Assembly (NCBI GenBank): GCA_050613775.1
Contig: JBODTK010000133.1
Span: forward strand, 1 to 64,000
From: Neocallimastix sp. 'constans'
Lineage: Eukaryota
Length of the DNA: 64,000 nt
Direction of reading: 5' to 3'
Shown piece by piece: positions 35,739-48,281 of the stretch; position 1 is the stretch's first letter; each line of letters begins with the position of its first letter. The position numbers and the translations under genes were made by a program. The notes below the pieces were generated by a model. It worked only from the letters and a program-made list of their open reading frames with translations, was not told the DNA's origin and did not search any database.

Positions 35739-38536
35739 TGTTAAGGAATGAACAAATAATGTTAATTTTATTATTTTTCATAAAATTAAATTACTTGTTA
35801 CTCCAGCTTTGCGAAAGAAGAAAGAAAATGAATTGAAAGCTAATCCAACTCCAAAACAAACATCAAGTCAGATACATCCTTCGATAATGTCACAACCCTT
35901 AATCAATCTCGAAAAACAAAAAGAAAAAGAAATTCGTGATAAAGAACGTGCTAGTACTTCTCGATCACCTATGGAAATTACTGATATAGATTTATCTAAT
36001 CGCAGAAAAGAAAAAGAAAAAAGAAAAGAGGTTAGTGATACAGAACTTGCATCTACTTCCACCTCGCCCATTGAAATTGTTGATATTGATGAAACTGATA
36101 ATATTATTTCTAATAATAATGAAAATAGTATTCCAAATAATACATTACATAAACTCATTAATGAGAAACTAAAAGTAAATAAACTTCCTGGAAACAAAAT
36201 TCCTAGAGTTCCAAGAAAGATCCAAATGATAGCTGATCATCTACCTTATAATGTTATTAAAGACTTAAATACTACTAAATGTAATATTACCTTTGGAGAA
36301 TTATTTGAAGTATCACAAAAAATCAGATCTCAAGTTGCAAAAGGTTTAAAGTTAGAAAAAGATTCTATTAAGATAGCCGGTGCCGTTGACAACATTTGTG
36401 CTACTACTTCTATAGCTAATAATCTTGATCACACTTATAAAAGTAAAAACAAAGAATTCAAAGAAGATGATATAGCCATGGTCGACGTTACTGTTGAAGG
36501 AGTCAAAGGAAAAGCATTGATTGATTCTTGTAGTAATTTAAATATTATTACTAATCAATTCCTTAGAAAGTGTAAAGATGTGATTATCCCAATCACATTT
36601 TAAATTAAAAATTTTTCTTATGTAATTCAAAAATGTAAATTATTCTTTGATTTATAAAATAATAAGCAAAGTAAATAAATCATATGAACTAAATTTTTGA
36701 ATTATATTCTTTAAGTCACAAGATAAATTTTTAATGTAATAATTTATATTTAATTTAATTCTGAGAAAATTATTGTTGTAAAATAATTTAAATGAATTAA
36801 TTAAAGTTTAAAACAAAATAAATTAATAATTTATTTTGTGAAAATTAAGTTTCAAAATTTAATCATGACTCCTTTAACATTGTTTTTAAATCGAAAATAA
36901 ATAAAGACTTTACTTATAATATTAAAATAATAAATAGATAATAAATGTACTTAATTTTAATTATTTAGTATTTAGTTTAATTAATAATTATATTTTTCTA
37001 AATTTAGCTATAGTTTATAAATTTATTATTTAATAAAATTCATTAGGATAGTTTTATATTAAAATACATGTAATTTAAATAAAATAATATATTATCAATG
37101 TATTTAGGAAAAGTATAAATAGAAGATACTTTTCACATTTTTTCTCGATGTAATTGTTATTTAACAAACAACTATTAAATATTAATAAAATATATTTTTA
37201 ATAAAAATTTTTTTAATAAAATAAAATTTATTGTATCTTTGTTATTGTAATCTATTTTAGTATTTTCTTTTACAGAAAGTTACCTTCTGTATATGAACCT
37301 ATTGGAATCAGTCGTGGAAGAATCCGACTAGCAACTATAAATGATGATTATTCGGAAGATTATTTAATCAATATTCCTATACAAATTAATAATTTCCATA
37401 TGGTTGCTACATGTAGAGTTATAGATAAAGAAGATCCTTTCTTTGATATTCTTATTAACTTTTGAAAACTCAAATAGATCATAGATTGTTTATTCATCCT
37501 ATTCTTTATAGTCTTTGCCGATTCAATGATAATGGATCTTTTGATGAAATTGCTCCTATAAACAATCAATATGAAAATGAAGAAAAATTAGTCTGTTTTG
37601 TAAAAGCTATTTCTAATGAATTTATTAAGAAAGAACTTAAGAAAATGGAAGGTCTTCCTCCTCGAGAATATATTCATAACGAAAAATTTACCAATATTCT
37701 TAATAAAAAGTATCGAGATCAAATAATTAAACTTTTAGAAGATAATATAGTTATAATTGCGACCTCTTCTGAAGAATTAACACCTTCGAACTTATCTCCA
37801 CATAAAATTCACCTTAAACCTGGTGCTAGGCCAATTAAACAAAAATTTTATAGAATCTCAAAACTTAAAACAGATATTCTTAAAGAAGAACTTACTAAAT
37901 TAATAAATAAAAGACTTATTGAACCATCATACTCAGAATGGTCTTTGCCTATTGTTCTTGTTCCTAAACCAAATGGTAAATGGAGAATGTGTGTTGACTA
38001 TAGAAAAGTCAATGATGCTACTATAAAAGATTCATATTCTCTTCCAAATATTAATGAAATATTCAATAGTTTAGATGGTGCTATAATATTTACTACAATG
38101 GACCTTTACTTTGGATATCATCAAATACTTATGGATGAAGAAAGCGTTGAAGTTACCAGTTTTACCACAAAATTCGGAAATTATCAATTCAAAGTCATGC
38201 CTTTCGGACTTACTAATGCTCCAGCAACTTTCCATCGTGAGATGAACAAAATTCTCTTCCCTTTCATTGGTGATTTTGCTTTCAACTTCATTAACGATAT
38301 CCTTATATACTCAAAATCTTTAAAAGAACACCTCGAACATATTGCTAAAGTACTCGCTGTTTTCAAGGAACACAAACTTAAGATCAATATTGAAAAATGT
38401 TCGTTTATGCAAACAGAAGTTGAAGTCCTCGGTCACGAAGTATCTGCAAAAGGTCCGAGCCCTCTTGATAGCAAGATCGAATCTTTTAAAAATTGGAAAC
38501 CTCCTTCAAACCTCCATGAATTACGGTCTTTCTTTC
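35739..38536 (+). pseudogene. Truncated Ty3/Gypsy element 'K' (C relative): ~55-bp LTR start fused to a PR-RT fragment of pol
   Basis: TGTTAAGGAATGAACAAATAAT start, then pol homologous to C (VTPALRK.. to ..HELRSF). Interrupted by L, frameshifted near 37460, with RT FIDD changed to FIND. Confidence 0.88.
36571..37274. mobile_element. Nested solo LTR 'L' inside the protease of K
   Basis: TGTAAA...TTTACA termini; 5-bp TSD GAAAG. Removing it restores FLRK|LPSVYEPIG (element C: FLDKLPYQYEPIG). Confidence 0.88.
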
Positions 38537-40273
38537 TGATATAAAATAAATATGTGTAGTAACATATTTGTATATTTAATAATAATTATTAAATATTAAA
38601 TTTATATCTTTTTGATAATAATTATTTTATTTTATTTTATTTCAATATGTATTATTATAATTATAATAATTATAATACTTTAATTCATATAAAATTAAAA
38701 TAGTTCTATATATTAGAATATATAATTAATATAATACCTATTTCTTATAAATAGATTAGATTATTTATATTAGAAATAGAAGACTCTCTTGTAAATTTTT
38801 AGGAATTAGAATTAATATTTTAATTGTACGAATATTATAATTTTATTAATAAATTTTACTAAACAATCATTATTTTAATAACCCACTGCTTATAAATTAT
38901 TGCACATAAAAGTCCCGTATATCACATTTGACGTCACGTGAATTTTATTTTGATATGACTTTTTATGTGCTATTAATTTTTAATAGTATTGTTATATTTA
39001 ATCTTTATTAATATATTTTAATTTATAAAACCCAATTAACCAAGGGTCTTCTCCAAATTACAATAAAGAAGAGTTGTTATTAGAAATCTTTATAACAATT
39101 TTATATTAAATACTTATTTTTATCTTAATAAATATTCTATTATTACCAATATTTATATTTAAACTTATTTTTATCTTTATTAATATTATTAAATGTAACT
39201 TACAAAGTATAAAAGAAGAATTATTAAATTCATCTTTTAATGTTCTTTGTAAGGTTATTGGTGTATATGTGTATTTCAAAAAATAATTATTTATTAATAG
39301 TTCGATACATATTTTTATTAAATAAATATTATTATTAAAATATATTAAATATAATATATTTTAAATATAAAGTTTTTTTTTTTTTTTTTATTTTAGATAT
39401 TATTTTATTTATTATAAGCTACTAGTTTATCCTTAATCAATTATTGTTGAATTATAGATAATATAATTTTGACATATTGACCTAATAATGCTATGACTAT
39501 AAAATTTTTTATCTTTATCTTGATAGGTTGAATTTATAACTTATAACTGAATTGAAATCACAATTTCAATTATTTATATTTCAATAATTAATATTATTAA
39601 TAAATAATATATTCTTTAATAATTAATAAATAATATAGACTCTTATTTAATATCTAAAGAATTATTTTAGTCCTAATAATTCTGAGAATAATAATAAAAT
39701 AAAATAGATATATAATAATTAATTTCAAATAATACATATATGACCTCACAAATATTTATATATATTATATATATGTTTAAAGCATATATATTATTAATTT
39801 CCTATTATTCAATTATATAACTATTTATATAATTATTAATTAAATTTATTCAGATATACTAAATATGTATTGATATTATTGTTATTATTTTAATATTTTA
39901 ATAATATTTATATTATTAATATTTTTAAAATTAAATGCTATCATTATTATGCAACTTAACGAAGTATAAAAGAGAGATGTAAAATCAATTTTTTTATGTT
40001 CTTTGTAAGGTTATTGTAAAAATTATCTTAATAGTAATATTTTATAAATATTTTTAATATTAAATAAAGGAAATTATTTTAAATTAAACCAAATTAAAAA
40101 CTAATATTATTAAAATTAATTATAAATAAATTTTTAGTATTAAATCAAATTATTTAAACATATTTACTTTAGCATATAACTATATAGGCACATCAATCAA
40201 GAAAACCTTTTTTTTTAATATAACATATTATTTTATTTCGAATTTAAAAGATGGCCTAATTAAAATCTTAACA
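38537..40273. mobile_element. Degenerate LTR-like sequences (probably two, H/J-like)
   Basis: Pol K stops abruptly at TGATATAA. Two copies of aagtataaaaga...tgttctttgtaaggttat (~39205-39258, ~39962-40014) are shared with LTR H. Boundaries and TSDs are not resolved. Confidence 0.5.
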
Positions 40274-40433
40274 AAGTTTCAAAAAAAAAAAAAAAAAAAA
40301 ATAAAATAAAATAAAATAAAATAAAATAAAAAAAAAAAACAATAAATAAAAATAAAATAAAATAAATAAATAAAATAAAATAAAATTTTTGTTCTTCCTC
40401 TAAAATTTTATTTCCAACTTATAAGTTTTTTCT

Positions 40434-40483
<50 letters not shown>

Positions 40484-41008
40484 TGTTTCTTTTATTTCTC
40501 TTATTTCTTTTATTTTATTTTTTAACTTTATTATTTTTTTAAATTTTATTTTATTTTTATTTTTTTTATCTTTTATAATTTATATTTTAATATTTTATTT
40601 GCATTACATTATAAAATTTTTTTTTTCATTTTTATTTATATATATAAATGAATAAGATGATACCTATTATTATTATTATAAAATAAAAATAACAAATAAC
40701 AAATTAATAATTAAAATAAATAAAAATTTCTCTTATTGAATTCTTTTTTTTTTTTCTTTGATTTTTATTTTGATTTTATTAAATTTTATTTATTTATTTA
40801 GTTTTATTTTGATATATTATTTTGTTAATTTTTTTATTATTATATTATTATATACTTTTTTATTTTTTTTTTTTTTTTTATAAAAAAATCTTATTATAAT
40901 ATGTTTATTTTTATATTGTTTAAATAAAATATATATATATGTATATCATTTTTTTTTTTTTATTTTTTTTTTTTTTTCATTCATTCTTTTTTGATTGTTT
41001 TTATCTGT

Positions 41009-43461
41009 TTAATGAATAAATATTTTCTTTATTTTTTGAAAGAGACTTAAATCTTCTTCTTTCTCTTTTGGTTCCTTTGATGTTGTTTTATTGGCGGCGG
41101 TGTCTTCTGCTTCTTCTTCTTCTTTCTTTTCTATTTTTTGTTCAGAAGCTACTTTTGATGTTGATGCCGAAGAGGAGGAGGATCCTTCTTCTTCATTAGA
41201 TGAAATAGGTGATGTTGTAGTACTGTAGCTACGCTTGGAACTATCATTTTTCTTACCTTGATTTGGATGAGATGAGCTAGAAGAAGAATTCTTTGTGGTA
41301 TTTGTTTTATTGTTATTGTTGTTATTGGTAGTGGCATTAGTGGTATTAGTAGTATCTTCTGATTTAGGTCCTTTATGAGTTTCTGTTGATGTGCCAGATT
41401 TTTCATCCTTCTTTTGATCTTTAGTTTTTTGTGAAGTTTGTTGGTTTGTTTGATTTGCTTGATTTTCTTGATGATGTTGATCCTTCTTGGTAGACGAAGG
41501 ATTTTTTTTCGTTCCTTTTTTTTTCTCTTCTTCTTCTTGGAAACTTTTCAAAATTTCCTTTTGTTTCTTGGTAAGATGTTTTGGTATCTCTACTTTAAAA
41601 TGAATCCATTCATCTCCACGGACATTGGTATCCATAATGTAGAGACCACGAGCACGTAATATCTTCTTTTCTTCTGGTTGAATGCCTGCATGAAGATCCA
41701 TTTCAAAATCACCATCTACCGTTGGAATTGTAACCTTACCTCCAAGAATAGCTTTTGTAAGTGGTAAGGTTACATGGACATGAACATCATTCTTTTCTCT
41801 CTTAAATACCGGATGAGGTAAAATATTTACTGCAATATATAAATCACCAAATGGTCCCTTACCCATGACAGGTGCATCCCCTTTACCGGCAAGACGAAGT
41901 TGAACCATTGAATCAACCCCTTTAGGAATAGGTACATCTACTGTATCTAATTTTCTGATAAGTCTTCTACCTTGACACTTTTTACAACGTTTATCACCAG
42001 GAATGAAGAAACCTTCTCCATGACATTGAGAACATGGTCTTGCCATACCAAATCCTCCATGTTGAATAAATTCTTGACCGGTACCATTACATTTTGGACA
42101 TTTTCCCGGCGTAGATTTATTATTGGTACCCATACCATCACAATCTGAACAGAACACCATATGATAGTATTTCAATTGTTTTGTAGTTCCCTTCACAACA
42201 TCCATGAAATCAATGGTTAAGGTGGTCTTAATATCTCTACCTACCATACCATAGGAATGATTAGAATAGGAATTATAATGACCTCCCATATTTCCCATAT
42301 TACCAAAACCACCCATACCTCCGGCACGACCAAAACCTCTAAACATTTGTTCAAAAATATCAAATCCATTAAAGCCTCCAAAACCTCCATGACCTTGGAA
42401 ACCTCCAGCTCCTGCTGCTCCATTAGGATCAAAAGCGGCATGACCATATTGATCATATTGAGCACGCTTGTTATCATCTGATAAAATCTATTAAATGTTA
42501 AAAAAATAATAATAATAATAAAATAAAGGAAAAGAAAAGAAAAGAAAGGGTGGTAAAAGTCACATTATTTATAAATAAGTATAATATAATAATAAATATA
42601 ATAATAGATTATAAAATATAAATGGGTTTGTTAGTATAAATATATATAGATAAAAAAAAAATTTATATTTTAAAAATTATTTCATAAAAATATAAAAATT
42701 TTTTAAATAATATTATATTTTATTATATGGAAAAAAAAAAAAAAAAAAAAAAAAAAATAAGATAACTAACTTCATAAGCATTTTGAATTTCTATAAATTT
42801 TTCACTAGCTTCTTTTGACTTATTGGTATCCGGGTGATAAAGTTTTGCTAACTTTTTTTTGTTTTTTTTTGTTTTAATAATATATATTTTTTTTTTTTTT
42901 GTTTTTATTTTTATTTGGTTTTCGTTTTTATAATATATATGTTAATAATTATATAATGTAATTATTAATGAATAATAAAAATAATAAAAAATATAAATTC
43001 ATAAATATTATAATAAAAAAAAAAAATAATAATAATGATAATAATTAGTCATTTATTATGAAAAATATATATTGATTTAATTATAATATAGATATTTTAA
43101 AATTTTCAATATTTCAATTATGTAAAAACATAATAATATTATTGTTATTATTATTAATATATATGTAAATATTTTACTTTATAGTAAGCTGCTTTAATTT
43201 CTTTAGGAGAAGCTCCCTTTTTTATACCTAAAACTTCATATAAATCTCTCTTTGAATCCCTTGATGGAACTAAATTAAATAAAAAAATATTTATTTATGA
43301 TAATAATAATAATAATAAAATATAGGAATATAAAAAAAAAATAAAAATAAAAAAAAAATTAAAATAAAGTATTAATATAATATATATTATTAATAATTAA
43401 AATGATAATAATAATATTCTATTTAATGTGTTGTAATAACTTACCAGTAGCATGAAATTCT

Positions 43462-43503
<42 letters not shown>

Positions 43504-44233
43504 TATTAAAGCAAAATAAATACAGATTATAAGAGTAATAATAATGTTTTACAAATTTTTAAAAGTCAATAAAGGTATTTATCAAATCATTAAAAATAAA
43601 ATACATCAAATTATATATAAATAGATATTGATATATATATTATTTTATATATTAAATATTATTATATTTACCTTTTGATTTTGTATTATTTTATTATTAT
43701 TATTATTATTTAATAATGCTATTTTATTTAAATAAATCATTTCATAATAAATAATAATAGAAATAATAATAATTGAAATTAGTAATTTCAAATGAATAAA
43801 AAGTAAAATAAATTAATCTAATATTCACCGAGTAAAATAAAATAAAAAAAAAAATACTACTTTAACTATTTTTTATTATTATCCATTTGATTATTATTAT
43901 TTATAACATTTCAATAAAATTAAATAAATAACAATAATATCACCATATTTTTATCTTTTTTTTTTTTTTTTATCTTTATTTTAATTAATGAACATTTAAT
44001 TATTAAAATGAAATTTATTTATTGAATTATATATTAAATATATATATATAAAGCTAATATATACCATAGCTAGAAGTATCTAACGAATAATTCTTTTTTC
44101 CATTGAAATTTATTGATTGGTGACAATTTAAACTATTCGTAACCGAAGATATTGCGTGAGTTGATTGATTTATTAAAGTTTTATGAACAACATTTTGAAC
44201 CTTTGGTATAGAACTTGTTATTTGCAAAGACAT
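41009..44233 (-). CDS. MDJ1: Class A DnaJ co-chaperone, Mdj1/DNAJA3 type, ~628 aa, 6 exons (44233-44065, 43718-43672, 43463-43445, 43269-43178, 42851-42771, 42487-41009)
   Basis: GT-AG splicing keeps the frame: presequence-like N-terminus ending QKREFHAT; J domain RDLYEVLG..LAKLYHPDTN..AYEILSD; G/F region; four CxxCxGxG-type repeats; C-terminal domains; low-complexity tail. Confidence 0.88.
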
Positions 44234-44312
44234 CTTTATATATATTATTTTTTTTTGCATATATTATATATTTAAATAATATTTGATATATAATGTAATA
44301 TTAATAAAAAAC

Positions 44313-44358
<46 letters not shown>

Positions 44359-45983
44359 TTTTAAAAATAAATGCATATATAATAATAGGATATTAGTTAA
44401 TACTCAAATATTTATATATATATATATGAATATGAAAGGAAAAGAAAATAGACTTTTATAATATTTATTTACCTTTTATATGTATATATAAATCTATTAT
44501 TTAAATAATTAAAATTTGATATTAATAATATTCCATATATATTTAAAAATAAAAATGTTAATACTCCAACTCTTATAGGATATTACTATTTTAATTATTA
44601 TTTATTAAATATTATTATTTAATAATTTCTTGTAATTATTTTTTCTTTTTACCTAAAAAATAATACTATAATTTAATGTTCGATAATATGAATAAAATAA
44701 TTTAAAAATAGTTAAGGATTTGAATTTTATTATTATCAAATAGTCTTATAACAAAATAAAAAATATATATACAATTTAAAAACAATTATGAAATCCTTTA
44801 AATTATAAAATCTTTTACTTTTATTTTAAATAATTTAAATTAAGAAATAAAAAAAAAAAAAAAAAAAAAAAAAACTTTTTTAAATTCCCTTCCTATGTTT
44901 TATTATATATCTTTTTTTTTTTTACTAAAAAAAAATATTTATTTCATTTGGTATTATTCAACGAAATTAATTAATTAAAATAGTAATAATAAATATAAAT
45001 ATAAATATAACTATATTATATAATATTTTATATTTCTTTTCCTTTCTTTCTACCTCTACCTTTCAATTTCATTGTTAATATATGTAGAATATACTGGAAT
45101 ATATATAGTGTTTAAATGAAATCTTCAAAATATAAAAAAAAAATAAAATTTTTTTTCCAAATTTAAAAAATAATAATGAAATGCAATTAATTATCCATCA
45201 AATAATATATTAATTTAATATATTTGGAATTATATAGAACAAATTATTATTTATTATTTTAAATTTTTTTTTTTATTTAAACAGAAGAAGAAGAAGAAAA
45301 AAAATTAAAATATTATTCATTCCGCTTAATTTAAATTTATATATTACACACTATATATTGGAATTTACTGGAATAAATTGAATTATTCATTCCATAAATC
45401 TTATTAGTTAAAATAAATGAATAAATTGGTTAATAATTAAATAAATTTATGGTATAATAATAATATAATTTATTATTTATTATTTAATTATTAATTATTT
45501 ATTATTATTTAATTATTAATTATTTAATTTTTTGATATTTATTTACTTTAAAATATTCATTGTTTTTAAATATTTGTTTTATTCTTTAATTTATTAATTT
45601 TCAAAAATTTAAAAATATTTTATAAAAAATAAAGAAAAAATATGATTTTTTAAATTTATAAAAAATAATGATATAATATGCTGTATTTAATATTTTATCA
45701 ATAATAAAATTTTATTCAATATATATGAAGATTTTTTTTAGTTTTGTTTTGTTTTTTATTTTGTTTTGTTTGTTTGTTTATTTGTAAATAATATTAAAAT
45801 TTTCATTAAAAATAGCGATATATAAAAAGAAATTATTAATTATATTAGGAAAAAGATAAAGATAAAATAAATGAAAAAATGGAAAATAAAAAAATCATTT
45901 ATTTCAATAATTATTATAAATAATATTTAATTAAATATATATATATATATTCTTTTTCTAATTCATTCCTTTTTACTTTAGAG

Positions 45984-46019
<36 letters not shown>

Positions 46020-46265
46020 CTCACTTCATGCATGAAGTTTAAAATTATTATAATTACAACTATTATTAATAACAACATAAACATTAATTATTACACATCC
46101 AGTATCATATATTGAAATAACTCTAATATTTATTAATTATAAATGTCAGCCTATCCTTCAAAATACTCATCATATATTATATGGATGGACTACAAGATAC
46201 TTGTATATGCTCATTAATTACAATTAAAATAAAATCTTTCTACTCTTGAAATTTATGTTGATTAC

Positions 46266-46310
<45 letters not shown>

Positions 46311-48229
46311 ACTGAATTGATTAGAATTAGGCCTATATCTATTCACCTAAAATAAAAAAAAAAAAAAAACTTTATAAATACTAATCTCAATAAATTTTAT
46401 TCTTATTTATACATTTTAATTTTATTCAAATTTTTTATTTGATTATTTATGACTTTAATTAGAGAAATCAATTTCATAATCAAGTTTACATAATTTAATA
46501 CTCAATAAGAATTACTCAACTCATTATTTTTTAATACTAAAATAGTCCAATTATTCCATCTTAAATCTATATCATTAAATTGGAAATTGTAATTTAATAT
46601 TTTATAATAACAAACACTGTCAACGTTAAGATTTAGAGAGCTAATGATGTCATTAACTTTAAAGAAAATTTAATATTAAAAATTACTCATTGAATTAAGA
46701 GAAGTTCAAGCACAACAGCTACCAATAATACAAAAACTTTTATTTCATATTGATCATAATAATCCATATATCCTTTTTTTTCTGTTATATATTTTTACAT
46801 TAACTGAACTAAAACCAATATTAGAACTAATTAGGTGTATAAGTATTATTTTTAGTCATACTTAAAAATAATTTAAAATCTAGAATAGGATGAATTAGAA
46901 ATTTTAACTTCTTCTAATTTATCTATTCTGGATTTTAAATTATTTTTTAACTTTTTCAAATCCATTAATTCTTTTTTTTTTTAATTAGTTCACCAAAACC
47001 TATAAAATTCCTATTTATAATTAAATCAAAAAAAAATTGTTCTTTTAATATAATTATTCTTTTATATCATTAATGGAAAATTTTCTTTTTCATTTAAAGG
47101 ATCCCAAAATATATTTATATATTTCTTGAATATTATCATATGGTTTTAATAATTCCTTATTTTAAACCCATTTTTATTCTTTTTTTTTTTTTTATGATTA
47201 TAATAATTAACCATTCCTTTTTCTCTTGAACTATTATTCTAATATAATAAATAGTTCCTGAAATGATTACTACTAAATATTTCAATACTAAATATTTTTT
47301 TTTCAATATGATTTTCCTTAATAGATTTTTCTTTTTAAGAGGAACAACTGAAATAAAAAATATTACATAAAAAATTATTATAGTATTATTTATATATAAA
47401 GAAATTAAAAAAAATTGTACACCAATTTCATTGGTTGAAATTATACATGCAAAATAATTAAATATTCCTTTTTTTTTTTTTTTTTTTTTTTTTTAAGTCC
47501 AAATCTATTAATTTAACCTATAATTAATATAATTAAATAATATTTAATATTTAATATTATTTATAATTATTATTAAATGAAAAATTACTATTAAAAATAT
47601 TTTATATTTAAAATTTAAAAAAAAAAAAATAAAAAAAAATAAAAAATAAAAATAAAAATAAAATATATTTAATTTGCTTTTAATTTATTAATTTATTTAA
47701 TAAATAATATATGGCTAATATGTAACGTACAACATTATAGTATATATAGGAAAAAAATTCTTTTTATTTTTTATGTTTTTTTTTTTTTTAAATATTAAAT
47801 TATTTTTTCTTAATAATAAAAAAAATAAATTACAATTATATAAAATAGAAATTATTACTGATATTAGATAATTAATTAAAATAAAGTAACATTATAAACA
47901 ATCATATAAATTAAACTTGACAAAACTTATAATTCAGAAACAGTAAAATCTAATATACTATTAATTTCATATATTATTTCTTCTTCAAAAATTTCATTTT
48001 AAGGTTTTTAATCCAAAAACTCTTAGTTAATAAATTACATTAATCAACTTTAATGTCATTGGTTTTTAATTTTATCTTTCATTTTTTATCTCAAATAACT
48101 ATTTAAGTCTTCTAACTTAATAATTTTATAAAATAATTCTTCTATAATTTCATCATTGGTACATTTTTTTATTATTATTATATCGTAATAAATATCATCT
48201 TTCTTTATTATTATTATTAATAATAATAT

Positions 48230-48281
<52 letters not shown>

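Noticed and set aside
38537..38924. Candidate solo LTR TGATATA...TATATCA
   Set aside because: The flanks CTTTC and CATTT do not form a TSD, and the apparent right end is part of an internal palindrome.
46000..47460. Slightly coding-like stretch (possible pseudogene on the minus strand)
   Set aside because: Many stops and frameshifts and no recognisable motif; cannot be assigned without a tBLASTx/HMM search.
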